This document shows, piece after piece, positions 39,169 through 52,500 of a DNA stretch of 64,000 nucleotides (within the stretch, counting starts at the first letter, position 1; every line of letters starts with the position of its first letter). The DNA is from Eledone cirrhosa (taxonomy: Eukaryota). The notes below the pieces were generated by a model that made no database searches, had not been told where the DNA came from, and worked only from the letters and a program-made list of their open reading frames with translations. The translations under genes were made by a program, and so were the position numbers. Location: NCBI GenBank assembly GCA_964016885.1, contig OZ024741.1:245706001-245770000 (forward strand), written 5' to 3'.

Positions 39169-42100
39169 CCTTGGACGGCTGAAAATTATCTCCCCTTGGA
39201 CGGCTGGAAATTATCTCCCCTTGATTTTTTTTACAAATTATCTCCCCCTGATTTTTTTTTACAAATTATCTCCCCCTGATTTTTTTTTACAAATTCTCTC
39301 CCCCTGATTTTTTTTTACAAATTATCTCCCCCTGATTTTTTTTACAAATTATCTCCCCCTGATTTTTTTACAAATTATCTCCCCTTGGCTGGCTGGAAAT
39401 TATCTCCCCTTGGAGGCTGGAACTTATGTCCCCTTGGACGGCTAGAAATTACCTCTCCTTGGACGGCTGGAAAATATGTCTCCTTGGACGGCTGGATATT
39501 ATCTCCCCTTGGACGGCTGGAAATTATCTCCCCTTGGACGGCTGGAAATTATCTCCCCTTGGATGGCTAGATATTACCTCCCCTTGGACGGCTGGAAATT
39601 ATCTCCCCTTGATTTTTTTTACAAATTATCTCCCCCTGATTTTTTTTTACAAATTATCTCCCCCTGATTTTTTTTTACAAATTATCTCCCCCTGATTTTT
39701 GTTTACAAATTATCTCCGCCTGGTTTTTTTTTTAAATTATCTCCCCTTGGACGGCTGGAAATTATCTCCCCTTGGACGGCTAGAAATTACCTCTCCTTGG
39801 ACGGCTGAAAATTATCTCCCCTTGGACGGCTGGAAATTATCTCCCCTTGATTTTTTTACAAATTATCTCCCCCTGATTTTTTTTTTACAAATTATCTCCC
39901 CCTGATTTTTTTTTTACAAATTATCTCCCCCTGATTTTTTTTTACAAATTATCTACCCCTGATTTTTTTTACAAATTATCTCCCCCTGATTTTTTTTACA
40001 AATTATCTCCCCCTGATTTTTTTTTACAAATTATCTCCCCCTGATTTTTTTACAAATTATCTCCCCCTGATTTTTTTTACAAATTATCTCCGCCTGATTT
40101 TTTTAAATATTATCTTCCCTTGGCTGGCGGGAAATTATCTCCCCTTGGACGGCTGAAAATTATCTCCCCTTGGACGGCTGGAAATTATCTCCCCTTGATT
40201 TTTTTTACAAATTATCTCCCCCTGATTTTTTTTTACAAATTATCTCCCCCTGATTTTTTTACAAATTATCTCCCCCTGATTTTTTTTTACAAATTATCTC
40301 CCCCTGATTTTTTTTACAAATTATCTCCCTCTGATTTTTTTACAAATTATCTCCCCTTGGCTGGCTGGAAATTATCTCCCCTTGGACGGCTAGAAATTAC
40401 CTCTCCTTGGACGGCTGGAAAATATGTCTCCTTGGACGGCTGGATATTATCTCCCCTTGGACGGCTGGAAATTATCTCCCCTTGGACGGCTGGAAATTAC
40501 CTCCCCTTGGACGGCTGGAAATTATCTCCCCTTGATTTTTTTACAAATTATCTCCCCCTGATTTATTTTACAAATCTCCCAATGATTTAAAAAAAAAAAT
40601 TATCTCCCCTTCGCTGGCTGGAAATTATCTCCCCTTGGACGCTGGAAATTATAGCCCCTTGGAGGGCTGGAAATTATCTTCCCTTGGACGGCTGGAAATT
40701 ATCTCCCATTGATTTTTTTTACAAATTATCTCCCCCTGATTTTTTTTTACAAATTATCTCCCCCTGATTTTTTTTACAAATTATCTACCCCTGATTTTTT
40801 TTACAAATTATCTCCCCCTGATTTTTTTTTACAAATTATCTCCCCCTGATTTTTTTTTACAAATTATGTCCCCCTGATTTTTTTACAAATTATCTCCCCC
40901 TGATTTTTTTTACAATCTCCGCCTGATTTTTTTAAAAATTATCTTCCGTTGGCTGGCTGGAAATTATCTCCCCTTGGACACTGGAAATTATAGCCCCTTG
41001 GAGGGCTGGAAATTATCTTCCCTTGGACGGCTGGAAATTATCTCCCCTTGATTTTTTTTACAAATTATCTCCGCCTGATTTTTTTTTACAAATTATCTCC
41101 CCCTGATTTTTTTTTACAAATTATCTCCGCCTGATTTTTTTTTACAAATTATCTCCCCTGATTTTTTTTACAAATTATCTCCCCCTGATTTTTTTTACAA
41201 ATTATCTCCGCCTGATTTTTTTAAATATTATCTTCCCTTGGCTGGCGGGAAATTATCTCCCCTTGGACGGCTGGAAATTATCTGCCCTTGATTTTCTTTT
41301 TACAAATTATCTTCCACTGATTTTTTTTACAAATTATCTCCACCTGATTTTTTAAAAAATTATCTCCCCTTGGAAGGCTGGAAATTATCTCCCCTTGGAC
41401 GGCTGGAAATTATCTCCCCTTGGACGGCTAGAAATTATCTCTCCTTGGACGGCTGAAAATTATCTCCCTTTGGACGGCTGCAAATTATCTCCCCTTGATT
41501 TTTTTTACAAATTATCTCCCCCTGATTTTTTTTACAAATTATCTCCCCCTAATTTTTTTTACAAATTATCTACCCCTGATTTTTTTTACAAATTATCTCC
41601 CCCTGATTTTTTTTTACAAATTATCTCCCCCTGATTTTTTTTTACAAATTATCTCCCCCTGATTTTTTTTTTACAAATTATCTCCCCCTGATTTTTTTAC
41701 AAATTATCTCCCCCTGATTTTTTTTACAATCTCCGCCTGATTTTTTTAAAAATTATCTTCCCTTGGCTGGCGGGAAATTATCTCCCCTTGGACGGCTGGA
41801 AATTATCTCCCCTTGGAAGGATGGAAATTATCTCCCCTTGGACGGCTGGAAATTATCTCCCCTTGCACGGCTGGAAATTATCTCCCCTTGGCTGGAAATT
41901 ATCTCCCCTTGGACGGCTAGAAATTATCTCTCTTTGGACGGCTGGAAATTATCTCCCTTTGATTTTTTTTACAAATTATCTCCCTCTGATTTTTTTTACA
42001 AATCTCCCCCTGATTTTTTTAAAAAAATTATCTCCCCTTCGCTGGCTGGAAATTATCTTCCCTTGGACGGCTGGAAATTATCTCCCCTTGATTTTTTTTA

Positions 42101-43562
42101 CAAATTATCTCCGCCTGATTTTTTTTAAAAATTATCTCTCCTTAGACGGCTGGAAATTATCTCCCCTTGATTTTTTTTACAAATAATCTCCCCCTGATTT
42201 TTTTTTACAAATTATCTCCCCCTGATTTTTTTTTACAAATTATCTACCCCTGATTTTTTTTTACAAATTATCTCCCCCTGATTTTTTTTACAAATTATCT
42301 CCCCCTGATTTTTCTTTTACAAATTATCTCCCCCTGATTTTTTTACAAATTATCTCCCCCTGATTTTTTTTACAAATTGTCTCTGCCTGATTTTTTTAAA
42401 TATTATCTTCCCGTGGCTGGCGGGAAATTACCTCCCCTTGGACGGCTGGAAATTATCTGTCCTTGATTTTCTTTTTACAAATTATCTTCCACTGATTTTT
42501 TTTACAAATTATCTCCACCTGATTTTTTAAAAAATTATCTCCCCTTGGAAGGCTGGAAATCATCTCCCCTTGGCTGGAAATTATCTCCCCTTGGACGGCT
42601 AGAAATTATCTCTCTTTGGACGGCTGGAAATTATCACCCCTTGAGTTTTTTACAAATTATCTCCCCCTGATTTTTTTTACAAATCTCCCAGTGATTTTTA
42701 AAAAAAAATTATCTCCCCTTCGCTGGCTGGAAATTATCTCCCCTTGGACGCTGGAAATTATAGCCCCTTGGAGGGCTGGAAATTATCTTCCCTTGGACGG
42801 CTGGAAATTATCTCCCCTTGATTTTTTTACAAATTATCTCCCCCTGATTTTTTTTTACAAATTATCTCCCCCTGATTTTTTTTTACAACTTATCTGCGCC
42901 TGATTTTTTTAAAAAAATTATCTCCCCTTGGACGGCTGGAAATTATCTCTCCTTGGACGGCTAGAATTTACCTCTCCTTGGACGGCTGAAAATTATCTCC
43001 CCTTGGACGGCTGGAAATTATCTCCCCTTGATTTTTTTTACAAATTATCTCCCCCTGATTTTTTTTTACAAATTATCTCCCCCTGATTTTTTTTTACAAA
43101 TTATCTCCCCCTGATTTTTTTTTACAAATTATCTCCCCCTGATTTTTTTACAAATTATCTCCCCTTGGCTGGCTGGAAATTATCTCCCCTTGGAGGCTGG
43201 AACTTATCTCCCCTTGGACGGCTAGAAATTACCTCTCCTTGGACGGCTGGAAAATATGTCTCCTTGGACGGCTGGATATTATCTCCCCTTGGACGGCTGG
43301 AAATTATCTCCCCTTGGACGGCTGGAAATTATCTCCCCTTGGATGGCTAGATATTACCTCCCCTTGGACGGCTGGAAATTATCTCCCCTTGATTTTTTTT
43401 ACAAATTATCTCCCCCTGATTTTTTTTTACAAATTATCTCCCCCTGATTTTTTTTTTAAAATTATCTCCCCCTGATTTTTGTTTACAAATTATCTCCGCC
43501 TGATTTTTTTTTTTAAATTATCTCCCCTTGGACGGCTGGAAATTATCTCCCCTTGGACGGCT

Positions 43563-46500
43563 GGAAATTATATCTCCTTGGACGGCTAGAATTTACCTCT
43601 CCTTGGACGGCTGAAAATTATCTCCCCTTGGACGGCTGGAAATTATCTCCCCTTGATTTTTTTTACAAATTATCTCCCCCTGATTTTTTTTTACAAATTA
43701 TCTCCCACAGATTTTTTTTTACAAATTATCTCCCCCTGATTTTTTTTTACAAATTATCTCCCCCTGATTTTTTTACAAATTATCTCCCCTTGGCTGGCTG
43801 GAAATTATCTCCCCTTGGAGGCTGGAACTTATCTCCCCTTGGACGGCTAGAAATTACCTCTCCTTGGACGGCTGGAAAATATGTCTCCTTGGACGGCTGG
43901 ATATTATCTCCCCTTGGACGGCTGGAAATTATCTCCCCTTGGACGGCTGGAAATTATCTCCCCTTGGATGGCTAGATATTACCTCCCCTTGGACGGCTGG
44001 AAATTATCTCCCCTTGATTTTTTTTACAAATTATCTCCCCCTGATTTTTTTTTACAAATTATCTCCCCCTGATTTTTTTTTACAAATTATCTCCCCCTGA
44101 TTTTTGTTTACAAATTATCTCCGCCTGATTTTTTTTTTAAAATTATCTCCCCTTGGACGGCTGGAAATTATCTCCCCTTGGACGGCTAGAAATTACCTCT
44201 CCTTGGACGGCTGAAAATTATCTCCCCTTGGACGGCTGGAAATTATCTCCCCTTGATTTTTTTACAAATTATCTCCCCCTGATTTTTTTTTTACAAATTA
44301 TCTCCCCCTGATTTTTTTTTTACAAATTATCTCCCCCTAATTTTTTTTTACAAATTATCTCCCCCTGATTTTTTTTACAAATTATCTCCCCCCTGATTTT
44401 TTTACAAATTATCTCCCCTTGGCTGGCTGGAAATTATCTCCCCTTGGAGGCTGGAACTTATCTCCCCTTGGACGGCTAGAAATTACCTCTCCTTGGACGG
44501 CTGGAAAATATGTCTCCTTGGACGGCTGGATATTATCTCCCCTTGGACGGCTGGAAATTATCTCCCCTTGGACGGCTGGAAATTATCTCCCCTTGGATGG
44601 CTAGATATTACCTCCCCTTGGACGGCTGGAAATTATCTCCCCTTGATTTTGTTTACAAATTATCTCCCCCTGATTTTTTTTTACAAATTATCTCCCCCTG
44701 ATTTTTTTTTACAAATTATCTCCCCCTGATTTTTGTTTACAAATTATCTCCGCCTGATTTTTTTTTTTAAATTATCTCCCCTTGGACGGCTGGAAATTAT
44801 CTCCCCTCGGACGGCTAGAAATTACCTCTCCTTGGACGGCTGAAAATTATCTCCCCTTGGACGGCTGGAAATTATCTCCCCTTGATTTTTTTACAAATTA
44901 TCTCCCCCTGATTTTTTTTTTACAAATTATCTCCCCCTGATTTTTTTTTAGAAATTATCTACCCCTGATTTTTTTTTACAAATTATCTCCCCCTGATTTT
45001 TTTTTACAAATTATCTACCCCTGATTTTTTTTACAAATTATCTCCCCCTGATTTTTTTTACAAATTATCTCCCCCTGATTTTTTTTTTACAAATTATCTC
45101 CCCCTGATTTTTTTTACAAATTATCTCCGCCGGATTTTTTTAAATATTATCTTCCCTTGGCTTGCGGGAAATTATCTCCCCTTGGACGGCTGAAAATTAT
45201 CTCCCCTTGGACGGCTGGAAATTATCTCCCCTTGATTTTTTTTACAAATTATCTCCCCCTGATTTTTTTTTACAAATTATCTCCCCCTGATTTTTTTTAC
45301 AAATTATCTCCCCCTGATTTTTTTTTACAAATTATCTCCCCCTGATTTTTTTTACAAATTATCTCCCCCTGATTTTTTTTACAAATTATCTCCCCCTGAT
45401 TTTTTTTTACAAATTATCTCCCCCTGATTTTTTTACAAATTATCTCCCCCTGATTTTTTTTACAAATTATCCGCCTGATTTTTTAAAATATTATCTCCCC
45501 TTGGACGGCTGGAAATTATCTGCCCTTGATTTTCTTTTTACAAATTAACTTCCACTGATTTTTTTTACAAATTATCTCCACCTGATTTTTTTAAAAATTA
45601 TCTCCCCTTGGAAGGCTGGAAATTATCTCCCCTTGGCTGGAAATTATCTCCCCTTGGACGGCTAGAAATTATCTCTCTTTGGACGGCTGGAAATTATCAC
45701 CCCTTGAGTTTTTTACAAATTATCTCCCCCTGATTTTTTTTACAAATCTCCCAGTGATTTTTAAAAAAAAATTATCTTCCCTTCGCTGGCTGGAAATTAT
45801 CTCCCCTTGGACGCTGGAAATTATAGCCCCTTGGAGGGCTGGAAATTATCTTCCCTTGGACGGCTGGAAATTATCTCCCCTTGATTTTTTTTACAAATTA
45901 TCTCCCCCTGATTTTTTTTTATAAATTATCTCCCCCTGATTTTTTTTTACAACTTATCTGCGCCTGATTTTTTTAAAAAAATTATCTCCCCTTGGACGGC
46001 TGGAAATTATCTCCCCTTGGACGGCTGGAAATTATCTCTCCTTGGACGGCTAGAATTTACCTCTCCTTGGACGGCTGAAAATTATCTCCCCTTGGACGGC
46101 TGGAAATTATCTCCCCTTGATTTTTTTTTCAAATTATCTCCCCCTGATTTTTTTTTACAAATTATCTCCCCCTGATTTTTTTTTACAAATTATCTCCCCC
46201 TGATTTTTTTTTACAAATTATCTCCCCCTGATTTTTTTTACAAATTATCTCCCCCTGATTTTTTTACAAATTATCTCCCCTTGGCTGGCTGGAAATTATC
46301 TCCCCTTGGAGGCTGGAACTTATCTCCCCTTGGACGGCTAGAAATTACCTCTCCTTGGACGGCTGGAAAATATGTCTCCTTGGACGGCTGGATATTATCT
46401 CACCTTGGACGGCTGGAAATTATCTCCCCTTGGACGGCTGGAAATTATCTCCCCTTGGATGGCTAGATATTACCTCCCCTTGGACGGCTGGAAATTATCT

Positions 46501-49500
46501 CCCCTTGATTTTTTTTACAAATTATCTCCCCCTGATTTTTTTTTACAAATTATCTCCCCCTGATTTTTTTTAAAAAATTATCTCCCCCTGATTTTTGTTT
46601 ACAAATTATCTCCGCCTGATTTTTTTTAAAAAATTATCTCCCCTTGGACGGCTGGAAATTATCTCCCCTTGGACGGCTGGAAATTATATCTCCTTGGACG
46701 GCTAGAATTTACCTCTCCTTGGACGGCTAAAAATTATCTCCCCTTGGACGGCTGGAAATTATCTCCCCTTGATTTTTTTTACAAATTATCTCCCCCTGAT
46801 TTTTTTTTACAAATTATCTCCCCCTGATTTTTTTTTACAAATTATCTCCCCCTGATTTTTTTTTACAAATTATCTCCCCTGATTTTTTTACAAATTATCT
46901 CCCCTTGGCTGGCTGGAAATTATCTCCCCTTGGAGGCTGGAACTTATCTCCCCTTGGACGGCTAGAAATTACCTCTCCTTGGACGGCTGGAAAATATGTC
47001 TCCTTGGACGGCTGGATATTATCTCCCCTTGGACGGCTGGAAATTATCTCCCCTTGGACGGCTGGAAATTATCTCCCCTTGGATGGCTAGATATTACCTC
47101 CCCTTGGACGGCTGGAAATTATCTCCCCTTGATTTTTTTTACAAATTATCTCCCCCTGATTTTTTTTTACAAATTATCTCCCCCTGATTTTTTTTTACAA
47201 ATTATCTCCCCCTGATTTTTTTTAAAATTATTTCCCCTTGGACCGCTGGAAATTATCTCCCCTTGGACGGCTAGAAATTACCTCTCCTTGGACGGCTGAA
47301 AATTATCTCCCCTTGGACGGCTGGAAATTATCTCCCCTTGATTTTTTTTACAAATTATCTCCCCCTGATTTTTTTTTACAAATTATCTCCCCCTGATTTT
47401 TTTTACAAATTATCTCCCCCTGATTTTTTTTACAAATTATCTCCCCCTGATTTTTTTTACAAATTATCTCCCCCTGATTTTTTTTACAAATTATCTCCCC
47501 CTGATTTTTTTACAAATTATCTCCCCCTGATTTTTTTTACAAATTATCTCCGCCTGATTTTTTAAAATATTATCTTCCCTTGGCTGGCGGGAAATTATCT
47601 CCCCTTGGACGGCTGGAAATTATCTGCCCTTGATTTTCTTTTTACAAATTAACTTCCACTGATTTTTTTTACAAATTATCTCCACCTGATTTTTTAAAAA
47701 ATTATCTCCCCTTGCAAGGCTGGAAATTATCTCCCCTTGGCTGGAAATTATCTCCCCTTGGACGGCTAGAAATTATCTCTCTTTGGACGGCTGGAAATTA
47801 TCACCCCTTGAGTTTTTTACAAATTATCTCCCCCTGATTTTTTTTACAAATCTCCCAGTGATTTTTAAAAAAAAATTATCTTCCCTTCGCTGGCTGGAAA
47901 TTATCTCCCCTTGGACGCTGGAAATTATAGCCCCTTGGAGGGCTGGAAATTATCTTCCCTTGGACGGCTGGAAATTATCTCCCCTTGATTTGTTTTACAA
48001 ATTATCTCCCCCTGATTTTTTTTTACAAATTATCTCCCCCTGATTTTTTTTTACAACTTATCTGCGCCTGATTTTTTTAAAAAAATTATCTCCCCTTGGA
48101 CGGCTGGAAATTATCTCCCCTTGGACGGCTGGAAATTATCTCTCCTTGGACGGCTAGAATTTACCTCTCCTTGGACGGCTGAAAATTATCTCCCCTTGGA
48201 CGGCTGGAAATTATCTCCCCTTGATTTTTTTTACAAATTATCTCCCCCTGATTTTTTTTTACAAATTATCTCCCCCTGATTTTTTTTTACAAATTATCTC
48301 CCCCTGATTTTTTTTACAAATTATCTCCCTCTGATTTTTTTTACAAATTATCTCCCCCTGATTTTTTTTTACAAATTATCTCCCCCTGATTTTTTTTTTA
48401 CAAATTATCTCCGCCTGATTTTTTTTTAAAAATTACCTCCCCTTGGACGGCTGGAAATTATCTCCCCTTGGACGGCTGGAAATTATCTCCCCTTGGACGG
48501 CTAGAAATTATCTCTCCTTGGACGGCTGAAAATTATCTCCCCTTGGACGGCTGCAAATTATCTCCCCTTGATTTTTTTTACAAATTATCTCCCCCTGATT
48601 TTTTTTACAAATTATCTCCCCCTGATTTTTTTTACAAATTATCTACCCCTGATTTTTTTTACAAATTATCTCCCCCTGATTTTTTTTTACAAATTATCTC
48701 CCCCTGATTTTTTTTTACAAATTATCTCCCCCTGATTTTTTTTTACAAATTATCTCCCCCTGATTTTTTTACAAAGTATCTCCGCCTGATTTTTTTAAAA
48801 ATTATCTTCCCTTGGCTGGCGGGAAATTATCTCCCCTTGGACGGCTGGAAATTATCTCCCCTTGGAAGGATGGAAATTATCTCCCCTTGGACGGCTGGAA
48901 ATTATCTCCCCTTGCACGGCTGGAAATTATCTCCCCTTGGACGGCTAGTAATTATCTCTCTTTGGACGGCTGGAAATTATCTCCCTTTGATTTTTTTTAC
49001 AAATTATCTCCCTCTGATTTTTTTTACGAATCTCCCCCTGATTTTTTAAAAAAAATTATCTCCCCTTCGCTGGCTGGAAATTATCTCCCCTTGGACACTG
49101 GAAATTATAGCCCCTTGGAGGGCTAGAAATTATCTTCCCTTGGACGGCTGGAAATTATCTCCCCCTGATTTTTTTTACAAATTATCTCCGCCTTATTTTT
49201 TTAAAAAGTTATCTCTCCTTGGACGGCTGGAAATTATCTCCCCTTGATTTTTTTTACAAATAATCTCCCCCTGATTTTTTTTTACAAATTATCTCCCCCT
49301 GATTTTTTTTTACAAATTATCTACCCCTGATTTTTTTTTACAAATTATCTCCCCCTGATTTTTGTTACAAATTATCTCCCCCTGATTTTTCTTTTACAAA
49401 TTATCTCCCCCTGATTTTTTTTACAAATTATCTCCGCCTGATTTTTTTAAATATTATCTTCCCTTGGCTGGCGGGAAATTATCTCCCCTTGGATGGCTGG

Positions 49501-52500
49501 AAATTATCTGCCCTTGATTTTCTTTTTACAAATTATCTTCCACTGATTTTTTTTACAAATTATCTCCACCTGATTTTTTAAAAAATTATCTCCCCTTGGA
49601 AGGCTGGAAATTATCTCCCCTTGGCTGGAAATTATCTCCCCTTGGACGGCTAGAAATTATCTCTCTTTGTACGGCTGGAAATTATCACCCCTTGAGTTTT
49701 TTACAAATTATCTCCCCCTGATTTTTTTTACAAATCTCCCAGTGTTTTTTAAAAAAAATTATCTCCCCTTCGCTGGCTGGAAATTATCTCCACTTGGACG
49801 CTGGAAATTATAGCCCCTTGGAGGGCTGGAAATTATCTTCCCTTGGACGGCTGGAAATTATCTCCCCTTGATTTTTTTTACAAATTATCTCCCCCTGATT
49901 TTTTTTTACAAATTATCTCCCCCTGATTTTTTTTACAACTTATCTGCGCCTGATTTTTTTAAAAAAATTATCTTCCCTTGGACGGCTGGAAATTATCTCC
50001 CCTTGGACGGCTGGAAATTATCTCTCCTTGGACGGCTAGAATTTACCTCTCCTTGGACGGCTGAAAATTATCTCCCCTTGGACGGCTGGAAATTATCTCT
50101 CCTTGGACGGCTAGAATTTACCTCTCCTTGGACGGCTGAAAATTATCTCCCCTTGGACGGCTGGAAATTATCTCCCCTTGATTTTTTTTACAAATTATCT
50201 CCCCCTGATTTTTTTTTACAAATTATCTGCCCCTGATTTTTTTTTACAAATTATCTCCCCCTGATTTTTTTTTAAAAATTATCTCCCCCTGATTTTTTTT
50301 ACAAATTATCTCCCCCTGATTTTTTTACAAATTATCTCCCCTTGGCTGGCTGGAAATTATCTCCCCTTGGAGGCTGGAACTTATGTCCCCTTGGACGGCT
50401 AGAAATTACCTCTCCTTGGACGGCTGGAAAATATGTCTCCTTGGACGGCTGGATATTATCTCCCCTTGGACGGCTGGAAATTATCTCCCCTTGGACGGCT
50501 GGAAATTATCTCCCCTTGGATGGCTAGATATTACCTCCCCTTAGACGGATGGAAATTATCTCCCCTTGATTTTTTTTACAAATTATCTCCCCCTGATTTT
50601 TTTTTACAAATTATCTCCCCCTGATTTTTTTTTACAAATTTTCTCCCCCTGATTTTTGTTTACAAATTATCTCCGCCTGATTTTTTTAAAAAAATTATCT
50701 CCCCTTGGACGGCTGGAAATTATCTCCCCTTGGACGGCTAGAAATTACCTCTCCTTGGACGGCTGAAAATTATCTCCCCTTGGACGGCTGGAAATTATCT
50801 CCCCTTGATTTTTTTACAAATAATCTCCCCCTGATTTTTTTTTACAAATTATCTCCCCCTGATTTTTTTTTTACAAATTATCTCCCCCTGATTTTTTTTT
50901 ACAAATTATCTACCCCTGATTTTTTTTACAAATTATCTCCCCCTGATTTTTTTTACAAATTATCTCCCCCTGATTTTTTTACAAATTATCTCCCCCTGAT
51001 TTTTTTTACAAATTATCTCCGCCTGATTTTTTTAAATATTATCTTCCCTTGGCTGGCGGGAAATTATCTCCCCTTGGACGGCTGAAAATTATCTCCCCTT
51101 GGACGGCTGGAAATTATCTCCCCTTGATTTTTTTTACAAATTATCTCCCCCTGATTTTTTTTTACAAATTATCTCCCCCTGATTTTTTTACAAATTATCT
51201 CCCCCTGATTTTTTTTTACAAATTATCTCCCCCTGATTTTTTTTACAAATTATCTCCCTCTGATTTTTTTACAAATTATCTCCCCCTGATTTTTTTTTTA
51301 CAAATTATCTCCCCCTGATTTTTTTTTACAAATTATCTCCCCCTGATTTTTTTTTACAAATTATCTCCCCCTGATTTTTTTTACAAATTATCTCCCCCCT
51401 GATTTTTTTACAAATTATCTCCCCTTGGCTGGCTGGAAATTATCTCCCCTTGGAGGCTGGAACTTATCTCCCCTTGGACGGCTAGAAATTACCTCTCCTT
51501 GGACGGCTGGAAAATATGTCTCCTTGGACGGCTGGATATTATCTCCCCTTGGACGGCTGGAAATTATCTCCCCTTGGACGGCTGGAAATTATCTCCCATT
51601 GGATGGCTAGATATTACCTCCCCTTGGACGGCTGGAAATTATCTCCCCTTGATCTTTTTACAAATTATCTCCCCCTGATTTTTTTTTTACAAATTATCTC
51701 CCCCTGATTTTTTTTTACAAATTATCTACCCCTGATTTTTTTTTACAAATTATCTCCCCCTGATTTTTTTTACAAATTATCTCCCCCTGATTTTTTTTTT
51801 ACAAATTATCTCCCCCTGATTTTTTTACAAATTATCTCCCACTGATTTTTTTTACAAATTATCTCCGCCTGATTTTTTAAATATTATCTCTCCTTGGCTG
51901 GCGGGAAATTATCTCCCTTGGACGGCTGGAAATTATCTCCCCTTGGAAGGATGGAAATTATCTCCCCTTGGACGGCTGGAAATTATCTACCCCTGATTTT
52001 TTTTACAAATTATCTCCCCCTGATTTTTTTTACAAATTATCTCCCCCTGATTTTTTTTACAAATTATCTACCCCTGATTTTTTTTACAAATTATCTCCCC
52101 CTGATTTTTTTTACAAATTATCTCCCCATGATTTTTCTTTTACAAATTATCTCCCCCTGATTTTTTTACAAATTATCTCCCCCTGATTTTTTTTACAAAT
52201 TATCTCCGCCTGATTTTTTTAAATATTATCCTCCCTTGGCTGGCGGGAAATTATCTCCCCTTGGACGGCTGAAAATTATCTCCCCTTGGACGGCTGGAAA
52301 TTATCTCCCCTTGATTTTTTTTACAAATTATCTCCCCCTGATTTTTTTTTACAAATTATCTCCCCCTGATTTTTTTTACAAATTATCTCCCCCTGATTTT
52401 TTTTTACAAATTATCTCCCCCTGATTTTTTTACAAATTATCTCCCCCTGATTTTTTTTACAAATTATCTCCGCCTGATTTTTTAAAATATTATCTTCCCT

